In this document: piece after piece, positions 1 through 12,544 of the stretch
Layout of the letters: each line of letters begins with the position of its first letter
Numbering within the stretch: the stretch's first letter is position 1
DNA from: Camelus ferus
Taxonomy: Eukaryota
Direction of reading: 5' to 3'
Assembly (NCBI RefSeq): GCF_009834535.1
Contig: NC_045697.1
Span: 29,576,001 to 29,640,000 of the forward strand
DNA length: 64,000 nucleotides
Position numbers and translations under genes: made by a program
The notes under the pieces: generated by a model
Seen by the model: only the letters and a program-made list of their open reading frames with translations
Told to the model about the DNA's origin: nothing
Databases searched by the model: none

Positions 1-590
1 TATTCACGGTGCAGGTGGACACGTTCCTCTACTCGCCAAATTTCCTGCAAATTGGCAGCTGGATTCAGAAGCTTGAAAAAACGTAGATTCAAACCATTTG
101 GTGGTGTGATCTTTCATCAGGAAGCATATGATATCTGGTTTTCATCAGTTTGTAATGTTAGAAGGCATTGTCGCTCAGTGCTTGGATCCATTAAATCAAC
201 TGAAGTTGCAAAATAATGATCATCTAATTCTCTCATTTCATTTCATTGACTGAGTGGAAAAAATTTTAGGAGGTACCTCCCTTCATCTACTACTTGGTTA
301 ACCAGTGATCAGTTCATGTAAGAAAGGCAGGATAAATATTTGGTCCCTTCCTGACTACATTCAAGACAATGAAATTGGTTTTCCATTAATCTCAGGTAAT
401 CAGTAATTTTTTTTTCTTATCATCAACCCTCATGGATTTAAATATATTTGCAATTCTTATTTTTGAAGCTCTAATTGTCCCATGCCAGTAGAAGCCTCTT
501 CAAGTTGGCTCCTGAGTCCTTTTGACAGTCTTTGATCGCTCCCTTGCAAGCTATTATCTTGAGATATCCAGGCTCATCTTTGATCTCTCC
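1..590 (-). mobile_element. Old LINE-1 3' region remnant (L1MC4/L1MC5-like), antisense
   Basis: Degenerate motifs typical of the reverse-strand L1MC 3' end, e.g. 'gaaaggcaggataaatatttgg' and 'cttcaagttggctcctgagtccttttgac'. Boundaries are approximate. Confidence 0.6.
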
Positions 591-599
591 AGCTGTTTT

Positions 600-1500
600 T
601 GTAGTTTAAAGCTCACTCGTTAGAAGATTCCTTAGGAAGAGTTCATAGGAACAATATTTCCTCCTCTCACTTCTTGCATGTTAATAATAGTTGGTGTTCT
701 TTATATTCTGGATCAATTTTGTTAAGACATAAAAAGTAGAGGCTCACATTTTCTTTTCTTTGAGGACTTTAAATATGTTATTCCATTTTCCTCTGACATA
801 AAGAATTTCTGTCAGAAAGTCTGAGAACAATCTAATTCTTTTGTTGCTGTTTTTCTTTTTGTCTAGAGGTCCAAAGGAGGATCCTTCTCCTTCCCCTTCT
901 CCCCTTTTTCTTTTTTATCCAGTAATTTTACTGGAATATCTTGGCATTAGTTGTTCTAGGTTAATATACTAAAATATAAAATTTGTCCACTTAAAAATGT
1001 AGTTTCAAATCTTTTTTCTTTCCAGGAAAATTTTCTGGAAATATAGTATTTGTACTGTTTCCTTGCTTTGGTTTTCTTTTCCTATCATGGTATATTCCAT
1101 CTTCTTTTCACATTTTCAATATTTGTCACCTTTTCCCAAAGTTTCTTTCTTCATTTCCTTTCCGTTTTTAACTTTTTTCTCCTTTTCACCCTCTAGTTCT
1201 CTTAAGGCAGTGTTTGTGGTAATTATTTGATTTTGTGTTCCATCTAACTTAGAATTTCTAAAATGACTTTTTAAAAACTTCTAACTGTTCTGTCACCTTG
1301 TCTCAGACGTGTGCTGCTCTTTCATGTCTCGTATAATTCTTTAATATTCTCTTTTAGTTTCTTTTGAAATAATATATTACAGCTTTATTTTTTTAAGCAT
1401 CTCCTTTTGGCATGTTTTCATTGTCTATAAGGATATTACTGTGTTCCTTTTTTTCTTTTTAATACTAAGTCTGTGTGGGATTTAATCTTGTTAGTGTTCT
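600..1500 (-). mobile_element. Old L1/HAL1 ORF1-region remnant, antisense
   Basis: T-rich tract with 'ttattccattttcctctgac...gtcagaaagtctgagaacaatctaattctt', characteristic of reverse-strand L1ME/HAL1 ORF1. Confidence 0.5.
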
Positions 1501-1927
1501 GTACCTTTATAAACTTTCATGCAAGTACAGAACACTGGCAAAGTGAATAAACAGTTCATAAAGGAATGAATAGACAAATTCATCAAAATGTTAACAGCAG
1601 CAATCTCTGCGTGGCAGGATTTAGAAAAGTGTCTTCTCATGTCTCACATGTTGCTGATTTGTGTAAATTTTTATAATGAGTATGAAGCATTTTCATACTG
1701 AAAGCAAAAGTTAAAACTGGGCTAAGGCTAAGTTTTACTAAAGGAGATGCGTTTAGTTTGTGAAAAGGAAGATAGTCACCACCCATCTGCTTTCCATGCT
1801 ATATTTGACAGATTTTACTCTGCAGCTCAGAAAACATGTTAATAGGACTTCTTGTGGTGAGAGGAAGGGATTAAAAAAGCAAAGAACCCTGTTGTGATCA
1901 TTTGGCACTATATGGGAAATGGCTCAC

Positions 1928-2091
1928 AGCGCCTGCAACAAAGATAACATCTTCCCATAAATCTACAGTCCAAGACATCCCAAATATACACCCGAGAAAT
2001 GCCGATGGCAGTGACAGCAAAGCACCAAGCACAACAATCCCAAACAAGAATGAGATGAAGCCTTAATTTGCTTAACTGGGCCTTCATATAT
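1928..2091 (-). other. PEAK1: Spliced 164-nt exon, probably a 5'-UTR exon of the minus-strand host gene (tentatively PEAK1)
   Basis: Minus-strand acceptor 'ctcttgtgttttctctaatag|ATATATG' and donor 'GGCGCT|gtgagc' in unique, non-repeat sequence. The gene name rests only on recalled leader exon architecture and is unverified. Confidence 0.6.
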
Positions 2092-2979
2092 CTATTAGAG
2101 AAAACACAAGAGATGAACTGCCTCATAAAGCAGATGGTCTTCTCCAGTTCTTTCTTTTTTTTAAACAAGATAATTAAAGGAAATGAAAGACCAAGGATCT
2201 TGTTAAATTGGCCAAGGAAAATGATTTCATCTGAAGTAGACGGCATGAGTTTTTAAGAAAGGATTTCAAGTTTCCCCAAGGAGCTGATACAGGTCATTTG
2301 GTAACGCCTGCATCAGAAGGCGGTGGGGCATCCTGAGGGTAACCGCCCCCTCAACAGCGTGGAACACCCCGCCCGGCCCTGTTACAGAGTCAGGAGGGAA
2401 GGACGGGGGGACTACGGTCTCGTGAAAACAGCACTGGAACAGGGAGTCAGGACACATGGGATGTGACATGTGTGATTCTGAGTAATCTAGTTCCCCTGTT
2501 AATTTTTCTTTGAGAAACCCATTATGCTTCCCCTATTCTATCTTGGTAGTGAGAACAAAGGAGGTAATGAGAAAAATCCCTAACAAAGACTACAAGTGCA
2601 AAATTATTAGTTTACAATGGAATTTTGTTTCATCAATAGATACAAAACTCCCGTCGTGCTGTGTGTGGTGAATTAAAAACTGGAGGAACGGAAATGAGGG
2701 CTCAAGTATTCTGAACCCAAGAGAAGAAAGGGACTCTGTCCATTTCTGTTCTCCTCTGAGCTCTAAGACACTTTCTTGAGGGAAAAGAGGGGCAGATAAA
2801 GGTATACCTCAAAAGCAACTCAAGATTCCGTATCAGACAGAGGCAGTGATAAGAGTCAAGGGTCTTCTATGATTCAGCTGAGATTCGTCCAAACACGCTC
2901 TGCCCCAAATGTCACCACGTACAGCTTGCCTACAGAGCCTAATTTTCTAACCAAAGCTCAAGGGATAATATTAAGCCCT

Positions 2980-3200
2980 GGATAACATTTACTAACGAAC
3001 AACTGTTGAAGGCTAAGCATATACGGTGTGCACAAGCTTTCTTAGGTCTCATAAGCCCAGGGATGTGGGCACCATTACGTTCCTCGTTTCACAAGCAGGA
3101 CACAGAGCAGCGAGAGTGAGGCTAAGAAACTTGCGAAACATCAGGCAGCTGTTAACTTGCACGTCCCAGGCTCCAAACTTGGTCTACTGATTGAAGAATA
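2980..3200 (-). mobile_element. MIR SINE
   Basis: Degenerate reverse-strand MIR core ('cgtttcacaagcaggacacagagcag...aacttgcgaaacatcaggcagctgttaa'). Confidence 0.5.
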
Positions 3201-3654
3201 CTTAGTTTATATTCTACTCAACTGCCTCTTCCAGGGAGTGGAAAGAGGGAGGAGGTGATGAAACAGCCACTCCAAAGATCCATGTGCAGAGCTTAGCAAT
3301 CCATCACCTACTGTTTCCAGGAGAAGGTGAGGGTCACAACCAGGCAGTCAGGAAAGGGCTTCTCTTCAGCCGCCTAACAAGAGCAACACAGAACCTTCCC
3401 TCTGATCTGCCTCCTAATTATCTCTGCAGCTCTCCCAGTCTCCCCATGTTCCTGAAATCCTTTCCCCTCCCCACTTTGGACTTCTCCCAATCCTTCTCCG
3501 TGAAAACCAAATCCACTCTACATCTCAAAAACTGTAGTTAACTCCCATTTCAACACATAATGCATATGAATCAATCCTGATTCCACCATATAGTGGCTTC
3601 AAAGAGGTTTGGAAATTGTCTGAATAGGAGTAATTTCTAATACTTCTATCACAT

Positions 3655-3815
3655 CAACTGTTTGCCGGGTGTTGCCTCAAGGCTTTATACATAAACCATT
3701 TCAATCCTGATAACCACCCTATGAGGAAGGAATTACTACTATTCCCATTTTATAGATGAGGTAACAGAAAGTCAGATACTGATTAATTGCCCCAGTCACA
3801 CATCCAGCAGGTGGT
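3655..3815 (-). mobile_element. MIR SINE
   Basis: 'aaccaccctatgaggaaggaattactactattcccattttatagatgaggtaacagaa' matches the reverse-strand MIR core. Confidence 0.75.
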
Positions 3816-4840
3816 GATACTATTTTGTTTTCAACCTCTCTGAACTTCAGTTCTCATCTTCAAAAATAAAAAGGGTATTATTTTAACAATAATTTTAATT
3901 TAAATAATAATAACATGGTTACAAGGCATAAAGCAATTTAACACACTATTCCGATTCCCCCTTTTTCCCTCTAGTATTTCTGGGATCATCCTAAGGTACA
4001 GAAATTGTTAATTAGATCATAACAGGCAGATAAGTGCTCAGTATTCTTCCAGACATGCTGTCTCATCTGTGTGTCACAACACCCCACCGAAGCAAATATC
4101 ACCTCCTTCATCTCACAGATGACAGACAAGAGAACTCATGCATGGACCTTCTGCTAGGGACTGGACCAGAATTCGAAGCCGTATGTGCACACTGTCTTTC
4201 CAATGGCTTTTAAGGGGCTTGAGGATGGGGCTGGCCCAGTCTTCTAGTCCCTTCATCTTCCCCATGTAGCCCCACCTAGAACAGTGTGAGCTGTACAAAT
4301 TCCACATGCAACCAATGCTTATGAGACTTGCCTTGTTACTTTTCCTTAGAAATCAAGATGGAAAATCAAAATCAAAGACAAAAATGTGTGCAACTACATT
4401 TACTGACCCTGCACAATTAACAACTTTGCTGATTAAGGAGGGGAAAAAAAAAGAGGGACAGAGGAAAAAGAAACGATGGAAGGAAGGATGGGAGAAGGAA
4501 GAGAGGGAGGGAGGAGAGGAAGAAGAGGAGAGGGAGAAGGAAACACCCCAGACTGCAGGATGGCAATGAAACATAAACCCAAGTAGTCATTTCCAAGTTC
4601 TCTCATCTGCTTCAAGATTTTTTTTCCCACAAGGATCAGCTACCAATCTTGCAACAGTTGCTGTCCCTTCTTGGGCCTTGATCTGGACCTGCAGTTAGAG
4701 GTCTCAGGGAAGACCTGCCCAGCCAAGATTGCCTTTCTAAGAGGCAGCAGGAGAGAAGAACACTGCTCTCAGCCCTGACCCGCGGGCAGGCGGAGGCCAT
4801 CGGAAGAGGGCGTTCCTCTCAACACAGGATGTCCACTCAC

Positions 4841-4946
4841 AAAGGAACACCACATCCTCCTCTATCTCCAGCCACAATCAGCCCTCCTTGTCCAAACCCA
4901 AGGGCGGGCAGGAGGAAGCGGAAGGCAAGAGTCACAGCCAGGGAAG
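4841..4946 (-). other. Candidate alternative non-coding exon (106 nt) or alternative first exon
   Basis: Acceptor 'gcctttgtttcag|CTTCCC' and donor 'CCTTT|gtgagt'. It lies in a locally GC/CpG-richer unique patch with GC-box and ETS motifs. Confidence 0.45.
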
Positions 4947-5549
4947 CTGAAACAAAGGCGACTCCCAGATGCAGAACCACACCCACCACCTCTCCTGCTC
5001 TCACACTCAGTATTCTTAAGCTGGCAAGAGGACAGCGGTCTTAGAATTGTGAAAGCCACAAAATGTCTTAAAAAAAAATTGTTCAGATCTACTGTGGCCC
5101 AACACCACGCCAAGACAGATGAGCTGGAAAGGGTCCACCAACTCAGAAATCTGTTAGGACGCACTTGCGTGGATCTTTTTCCCAGATAGCTTTCTCAGAT
5201 TAAAAGCTAGTGAAAAAAGAGGGCTCTGTCAAAATAAATCACCACCTTCCCATCAAACTTCCCTAATCCAGTTAGGCAGGCATTCAAGTGACGTCTCAGT
5301 TATTCCTGACTGTGTCCCTTCCCAGTCCCCATATGCAATTGGGGACCTGGCACCACTAACCCATCTGTATTCTCCCTTCACTTCCACGGCCGTCACTTAG
5401 GCCAAGCTCTTATTACTCTCCTGGAGGTCTTTAATCACCTCCTGATCGCCCTTCTGCCCTCACTCCAATCCTCCTGCACCCTCCTACAGATTCAGTTTCC
5501 TAAGAGAACCCATCACCTTCATCACCTCCATGCCACACTCTGGACCATT

Positions 5550-5780
5550 GAAAGTGGGACTCTAGGGCCAGACCTGGGTTTGAATCCTGTCTCCATAACT
5601 TCCTATGTCTTCTCAGCTAAGTCATCTAACCTCTCTGTGCCTGTTCCCTCAACTGTAAAATGAGGTGAGAATACCTGTATCAGAGAAAGACTTGTCATGG
5701 AAATTAAACAGGTGAGCACACATGAGACACTTAGAATGGTGGCGGTGGTAGTGCAGTCAGTGCTGCATGTTAGCTGTCAT
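5550..5780 (+). mobile_element. MIR SINE, flanked by L2-like fragments (about 5250-5540 and 5800-6100)
   Basis: 'agacctgggtttgaatcctgtctcc...aagtcatctaacctctctgtgcct...ctgtaaaatgagg' matches the MIR consensus pattern. Confidence 0.75.
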
Positions 5781-6530
5781 CGTCATCATTGTTCTTTCAA
5801 GAGCACCCTGTTGGCTGCCAAATAAAATCCCTACTCCACTGATGGGCTTTCAAGGCCCTCCATGCACTGGCCCAAACAGACCTGAACTTGTCCCTAATCT
5901 CTATGGACATAAGCCCTTCCTCTACCACCTGATCCCAAAGGGGCACCAGACTAGGCTCTGCACTCTCTCCTGAACTGTCTGAAACTGCCTACTCCCAGGC
6001 TCCTACCAGTGGCTCTGCCTGGGATACCTGCCTCCTGCCAGTGCCTGCCAAACCAGTGTTCAAGGATGAGCTCAAATACTGACCTGCCCAAGGTCATCCA
6101 TCTGCCATCTGGATTCCAGTGGACAGCACTGAAGATGTTAACGTGTCTAGGTTTTTTGGTGCTGACTTTACCTGCTCAAGAGCTACTTTCTGGCCCACAT
6201 CAAAGAAATAACCTTTGTCCTCTCTGGGCTTCAGTTTCCTATTTGTAAAATGAAGCAGTCAGAACAGATGGCTTATAAAGCTTTCTTGTGAGGGCCCTTG
6301 AGTTATATAAACAATGTTTTCTTGTTCCTTTGGAAAAATCTTTCATTAAAGAAGAGGGTGCATAGGGTAACCACATGTATTTTTATATTTTAATGAATGA
6401 CTAATTGTTCTAGGTCTCAAGTTCTATGGTTATGAAAAAAGTGAGATGTTACTAGATGATGTCTAAAATTCCTTTCTCTTTATAATTTGATGATCCTGTG
6501 ACTTACAGTGCCTTTTTTTCCTAACAGCTT

Positions 6531-7096
6531 AAATGATCAATAGGCACATGAAAAAAATGCTCAATATCACTAATTATCAGAGAAATGCAAATCAAAACCA
6601 CCACTGGTGAGGTATCACCTCACACCAGTCAGAATGGCCATCATTCAAAAATCCACAAATGACAAATGCTGGAGAGGTTGTAGAGAAAAGGGAACCCTCC
6701 TACACTGCTGGTGGGATGCAGTTTGGTGCAGCCACTGTGGAAAACAGTATGGAGATTCCTCAAAAGACTAGGAATAGACTTACCATATGATCCAATAATC
6801 CCACTCCTGGAAATATATCCAGAAGGAACCCTACTTCAAAAAGACACCTGCACCCCAATGTTCATAGCAGCACTATTTACAATAGCCAAGACATGGAAAC
6901 AGCCTAAATGGCCATCAACAGGTGACTGGATAAAGAAGATGTGGTATATTTATACAGTGGAATACTATTCAGCCATAGAAACGACAACATAACATCATTT
7001 GCAGCAACATGGATGTCCCTGGAGAATGTCATTCTAAGTGAAGTAAGCCAGAAAGAGAAAGAAAAATACCATATGAGATCGCTCATATATGGAATC

Positions 7097-7132
<36 letters not shown>

Positions 7133-7515
7133 GAGAGGGAGGGAGGGAGGGAGGGAAGGAGGAAGGGAGAAAGGGAGAAAGGGAGGAAGGGAGAAAGGGA
7201 CAAATGAACATAAATACAAAACAGAAACAGACTCATAGACATAGAATACAAACTTGTGGTTGCCAGGGGGAGAGGGGTGGGAAGGGACAGATTGTGAGTT
7301 CAAAATTTGTAGATACTGACAGGCATACATAGAACAGATAAACAAGATTATACTGTATAGCACAGGGAAATATATACAAGATCTTGTGGTAGCTCATAGT
7401 GAAAAAGAATGTGACAATGAATGTATGTATGCTCATGTATGACTGAAAAATTGTGCTCTACACTGGAATTTGACACAACATTGTAAACTGACTATAGCTC
7501 AATTTAAAAAAAAAA
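6531..7515 (+). mobile_element. Relatively young 5'-truncated LINE-1 (ORF2 C-terminus, 3' UTR, polyA)
   Basis: Translates to the L1 ORF2 C-terminus: '[24 protein letters not shown]...CTPMFIAALFTIAKTWKQPK' and 'FAATWMSLENVILSEVSQKEKEKYHM'. Ends in A10 at 7506-7515. Confidence 0.93.
7097..7200 (+). repeat. Compound purine microsatellite (GAAA)n(GA)n(GGGA)n(GGGAGAAA-like)n
   Basis: 104 consecutive purines, read directly. Confidence 0.95.
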
Positions 7516-8223
7516 GACAATTTTATTTTATACCTTATATTATCCCCATAGTGCTTACCACAGAGCCATTTCTACTTTCCACATAGAAAACAATGTACTG
7601 AGTGCTACACCCAAAGCCAAGATGGTTAAAAAAAAAAAATCCAAATTATTTCCCCTCTCCCTCAATTCAGCAATCAAGAATTCCAGGATAATTTTTTTTT
7701 TCCAAAGAAATACAGAACCATCCCCCAAATTTCTCAAAACTGCCAGGGTGGAACTCAGCCATAAAAAAAGTTTGAAAAGAAGCAGAAAATTTAATAATAC
7801 CATTACCCTGAAATCCAATAAAGTCTGTTGGAGCTTCACATTTTTAAGAAGTCAGACTATTTATGCCATTACCTTTGGTACTGTTACAGTTTCCTATAAA
7901 GCCATAAATATACACAATGTAGTTCACCAGAACACTGACTAAGGCTATCATAAAAAAGGCCATAAGAAAGATACTGGCCATGAAGTATGGCTCCACGGTA
8001 CTTGCTACAGCAGGTTCACACAGACGAGTTCATTTATTTCGAAAATTATATTTCTAAGTCCACAACTCATCACTTTCAACTGTGAACAACTTTTAATACA
8101 AGTTAGAATTTCCTTTTCAGAAACTGTTTTCACATAGGTTAAAGGTCATACCAAATACCAAGGAACATTTAGAAGGCCATCGCAGCACACAGGACAAGGC
8201 TCGTAACGCCGGCTCTTCGAATT

Positions 8224-8770
8224 TGTCTCAGTTAGCATTGCACTCACCTCTCAATCTCAGAAACCAGAACAAACAGTGGACTCAACAAATAGGAACGAGT
8301 GGGAAGGCTCAGGGCTGCTCGTGTTGGTTTGACAGGAACAATGTCAGGGAAGGTATCTCCATGATGCTCTTGGCTTTTCCTTTCTGCTTGTCACCTCATG
8401 GTGCCATGAGGGCTGCTGGGCACTCATACATCTCATCAGCATTCAAGGCAGAAAGTAGCAGAAAGCAATGAAGGGCACTGACAGACTCATTTCTCAGGTT
8501 TTATCAGGACAATAAATGCTTTCTCAGAAACTCTACCGCCACCGCAGTGGACTTATTCTCAGATCTCACCAGCCAGGGCTAGGCAACATGGCCACACTAG
8601 CCATAAGGAATGCTCCAAAGACATGGGTCAGGACCTGCGTGTTGGCTTAGATCATTACAACCTACTGTCTGAGGCAGATTGCCATGCCACCCTGAATTAA
8701 ATCCAAGTTCTATCAGCAAAAATGGAGCAGGATATGGGTACTGAGTGATTAACAATTAATTGTGTCTCCA
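8224..8770 (-). mobile_element. Old MaLR LTR (MLT1J/K-like)
   Basis: Starts 'tgtctcagttagcattgc...cagaaaccagaacaaacagtgg'; internal 'catggccacactagccataagga' and 'aagttctatcagcaaaaatggag' are typical of reverse-strand old MLT1 LTRs. Confidence 0.6.
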
Positions 8771-9259
8771 TTTTGAGTCTCTATCTTGGAAATAAGTCAT
8801 TCATTAAATAGAGAAGATAATTAATTACAGTATTTCCAAGGTGTCTTCTGCTCCTCACATCATATACATATACATATAAAGTGATACTTGATAAATTCCA
8901 ATGTCTATAAAAAGCAAATAAACAAAAAATGTTTCATCTTTAGGGTCATATGCTTTGATTTTTCTCTCTACATATAAATAGGTATAAATTGACGGTTAAA
9001 TGGCTAAAAGGTGGATATCAAGTCTTACCACTGTGAGTTCTCATTACAACCTGAGTTCTAAGAAGCTTTAGATGGCATGAGGCTCATCTTTCCTCAGGCA
9101 GAAAGGCCACGTTAGCTGCGATTCAAAATTTCAAGATACCAGATGGGGTAGAAACATCCAAAATGTTCTTTCCCCATCTTGCTTCCCCTCTGCTCTCAGC
9201 CTCCTCCCTGCCCCTGCCTGCTCAAACAAGTGTATCTATTTAGCACCCTGGGTCTTCCA

Positions 9260-9790
9260 TGGGACCATGCCACCCACCTACATATCGTTCAGTGGCTTCT
9301 CACCACTCTCAGGGAACGATCTAAACTCCTTACCAAGGCCCTCAGGTCTGATTTAGCCCCACCTCCTTCTCTAACCTCACCTCCCACCAAGCCCCACCAA
9401 GCCCCACCAAGCCCCACCAAGCCCTTTATGCTGAGGCTACCCTGGCCTCCTTTTCATCCCTTGAACTGTCCTTATTCCCACAGCCTGGGATGAGCTTTCC
9501 TCAATTCTTCACGTGGCTGGGCTTTTTCCATCCTTTAGATCACAGATCAAACATCAGCTCTTCAGAGACATCTTCTCTATGTCACCCTGTGTCACGTGAG
9601 CCCTGCTCAGTAACTCTCCATCACAGAACTTATTCCTCCACAGCACATACCACAGCCCATAATCATCTTCCTTGCTGAGTATCTTTCCTGTGGTTTGTCT
9701 CCATCACCAGAATGGATGCAAGTTCCAAGGGAGCAGCGACCTTACCTACCTTATTCGCTGCTCTATTCCCAGGGCCCAGCACACAGAAGC
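9260..9790 (+). mobile_element. LINE-2 3' fragment
   Basis: 'cagtggcttctcaccactctcagg...aaactccttaccaaggccc' and terminal 'ttattcgctgctctattcccagggcccagcacacag'. Confidence 0.7.
9383..9424 (+). repeat. 10-bp tandem repeat (CCCCACCAAG), about 4 copies
   Basis: 'cccaccaa gccccaccaa gccccaccaa gccccaccaa gccc', read directly. Confidence 0.95.
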
Positions 9791-10002
9791 CAGACAGTTA
9801 GTTCTGCCACCCTGCTTCCAGGACGGGCTTGATGGAGTGAACCACTAACTCCCCTCTGTATCACCAACACTTCAGTGTGGCCACCAAATAGACACCGCAT
9901 TCCTGGGACCTGCCCCCTGCAATCCTGATCTGGGAACTTCCTCTCCCCCAACAACTTCTCTTGCTTGAAACCCCTTCCTACTCTTCTCATGTTGACTGAA
10001 GC

Positions 10003-10245
10003 AAGCAGCACAGTAGTTAGGAGCACACACCCTGGAGCCAGACAGCCTGGCTTCAAATCCCAACTACACCACTTACTGCACAGCCTTAAGTAAGTTACCT
10101 ATCTCCTCTGTGCCTCAGTGTCCTCATCTATAACTGAGTGGCGAGAGAAGCACCTGTCACAGAGAATTGCTGGCAGCATTAAAAAAAATGCACATGAAGT
10201 ACTTAGAACAGTGTCTGGCTATGCAAGTGTTAGTCATTAATAATA
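10003..10245 (+). mobile_element. Near full-length MIR SINE
   Basis: 'cacagtagttaggagcac...ctggagccagacagcctggcttcaaatcccaactacaccacttactg...ctctgtgcctcagtgtcctcatctataa...acttagaacagtgtctggc'. Confidence 0.85.
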
Positions 10246-11212
10246 TAAATAGGTCCTATTTTGAACACGCTTTGTTCTCATCAGGATATGCACTCCCTTG
10301 GACACTTCCCATGTGACCCTACTTCATCAGGTCCCTCCACGACATCCCATTTCACGTGCCCTTCCAATACCACCCAAGGCACCGGCAATCCCATAGCCGC
10401 TCTGCCAACCACGTAATCAGAATCAAACTCATTCCCAGACCTTTGTGTCCTATTGGATGAAGATGCTCTCTAAATTTGTTTTTTCAGTCCTTGAATTTCA
10501 CTGATCACATATGTCTTTACTGGCCTTCCTCTCCTCTAAACTGCTATGTCATATAATTTGATGCTAACTGATGCAGTTACTACCTTTGGTCATGTCTACA
10601 TAGGAAAACATACACTCTTTGAGGACAATATGTAACTCTTCTCAATCCTCCAGAGAAGCCAGCAAAGCATTACCAGTATAGCAGGTACAACATCAATCCA
10701 TCTATTGGCTCTGGTCACCCCTCCGGCCTTAACTCTACTGTGTTCCTCAACCAGAAAAAAGGGGTGCCTCTTTCAAGATTTACTTAGACTGGACCCTTCC
10801 GTGTGAGGAACAGTGATTTCAAAAAACAAAAAGCTTCTCTCTCCTGATGTTCAGCAAATCGTCTTTACCCTTGACCAAGCCCCAGTCACAAGGATATGAT
10901 GGTAGCAGGCATGCATGATTTAGCCAAGTCAGGGTGGATTTATTGGCATCAAGTTCCAAATAAGCAATATGCAACTTAAGCTCTTTGAGGAATGTTCTTA
11001 CACCCGACGAGATGAGGATCCACTTTTCCCATAATTGGACACTCCTCGGAAAGAATTCAAAGGACAAATCAAATTTAATCCCATGGATTTAAGTATCTTC
11101 CTTAAAACTGAAAGAAAGAGAATAACTAAAAAGTCCAGATGCATCTTTAACAAAACATTCTCAACAGAATATTCAATAGTGCAAGGTTGCTATTTCCTAT
11201 TTCTATAAACTC

Positions 11213-11215
<3 letters not shown>

Positions 11216-11250
<35 letters not shown>
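11216..11250 (+). repeat. (CA)n microsatellite
   Basis: About 17 CA units, read directly. Confidence 0.95.
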
Positions 11251-11253
<3 letters not shown>

Positions 11254-12544
11254 TCATACTCAAAAAAGAAGGTACAATAAAATGACATATCTTGCAACTC
11301 TGAAACATACCAAGTCCTTTTTTTCAGAATTCTATGGGTTTCATTGTGCAAGGGTTTCTGTGGTCTTCATTCAAGTCATCAGAGTTCACTTCCCCTGAGT
11401 ACAATTTCAGGTTTGTACACCGGAGCAAGTGTCCAGGAAAACTGGAAAAATAACTCTATTTGCTTTGGTTTCAAAACTGTCCCATAAAGTTGACTCTTCC
11501 TTTCCAGAGGCTACTCCCAGAAGAGGGGTCTTAAGCTCCCAATGGCAGGGGCAGTTCTTCCCAGTTACTCCATTAGCAGCAAGTGTGTGGCCACCTCCCT
11601 GAGGACAACACATCCTTCTCATCTCTCCCTGAGTCAAAGCCTGTCTGCATATATTGAAGGCTAACCCAGCCCCACCATCGCAATCCTCTTCACATGAGTG
11701 TGGGGAAAAGGCTGCTCAGAACACCCTACAGTTATCCCAAGAATGCTGGGTGTGAGGTCTGCAGGGAGTCACCACACTTGACAAACAGGCTCCCCTGGAG
11801 CCAGAAAGCTAGTCTATGACAAGAGACAAGACTCTTTCCAGAGGCTCATTCCACAAGCAATACAGACACCAGGCAGGCGCCTTTCCAGAATGTTGATCCC
11901 TACTCTTGAAGCTCTGACACAGGCTTCTTAGTTCTGCTCTCCCTTTCTGTTCCTGCAGATCCAGAGCATCCATGTGAAAAGGAGTTTGGTTTTTTTTTTT
12001 TTAATCACAACAAAACAATATTTCCAATCTCTAGCTCAGAAACAGCAGATTATAGGTAAGATTTTTTTTAAAAAAGCAAAAATTTACAAAGAAGGGATTT
12101 TAATTGGGACTGCTGAACTTTAATTTCTGTCTCCAGAGACAGAAGAATATATAGAAGTAACCTTCTTTTTATTACTGTTAATATCAAGATAGAACCTTAT
12201 TTCCTAGGGCATGAAATAAGCTCCATATTTATTAACACCTAAAAATACACAGCTTGGGTTCACACGCCACGTAAAAATCTAGAACTAACCTACTGATTCT
12301 GAGACACACGCAGCAAGCAGTGTTCTACAAGGAATGAGGTGAACATCGAAGAGATTGCACCTCACTGCCCTACACAACTGTGGTTAATCAGGTACGAGGC
12401 AACCCAGTAAAAGGATCTGCAGAACACCCATCCACTGAACTACCATTCACTTAACACTCATTTATGTTTAAAGTTCTGAGGAAATCAGGGATCGCAATCT
12501 GGGGATTCCAAGGTTTTAAAAATCCTTTAATCAGACTGCAGGGG

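Noticed and set aside
4306..4630. Charged or low-complexity ORFs (KKKEGQRKKK...EEEEE)
   Set aside because: Translation of a purine-rich simple sequence with no supporting splice structure.
6711..7207. ORF-track proteins of 93 aa and 88 aa
   Set aside because: Frameshifted L1 ORF2 C-terminus running into a microsatellite; not a host gene.
7559..7604. Minus-strand mini-exon with a GTG|gtaagc donor
   Set aside because: The acceptor is ambiguous and weak; isolated donors are common by chance.
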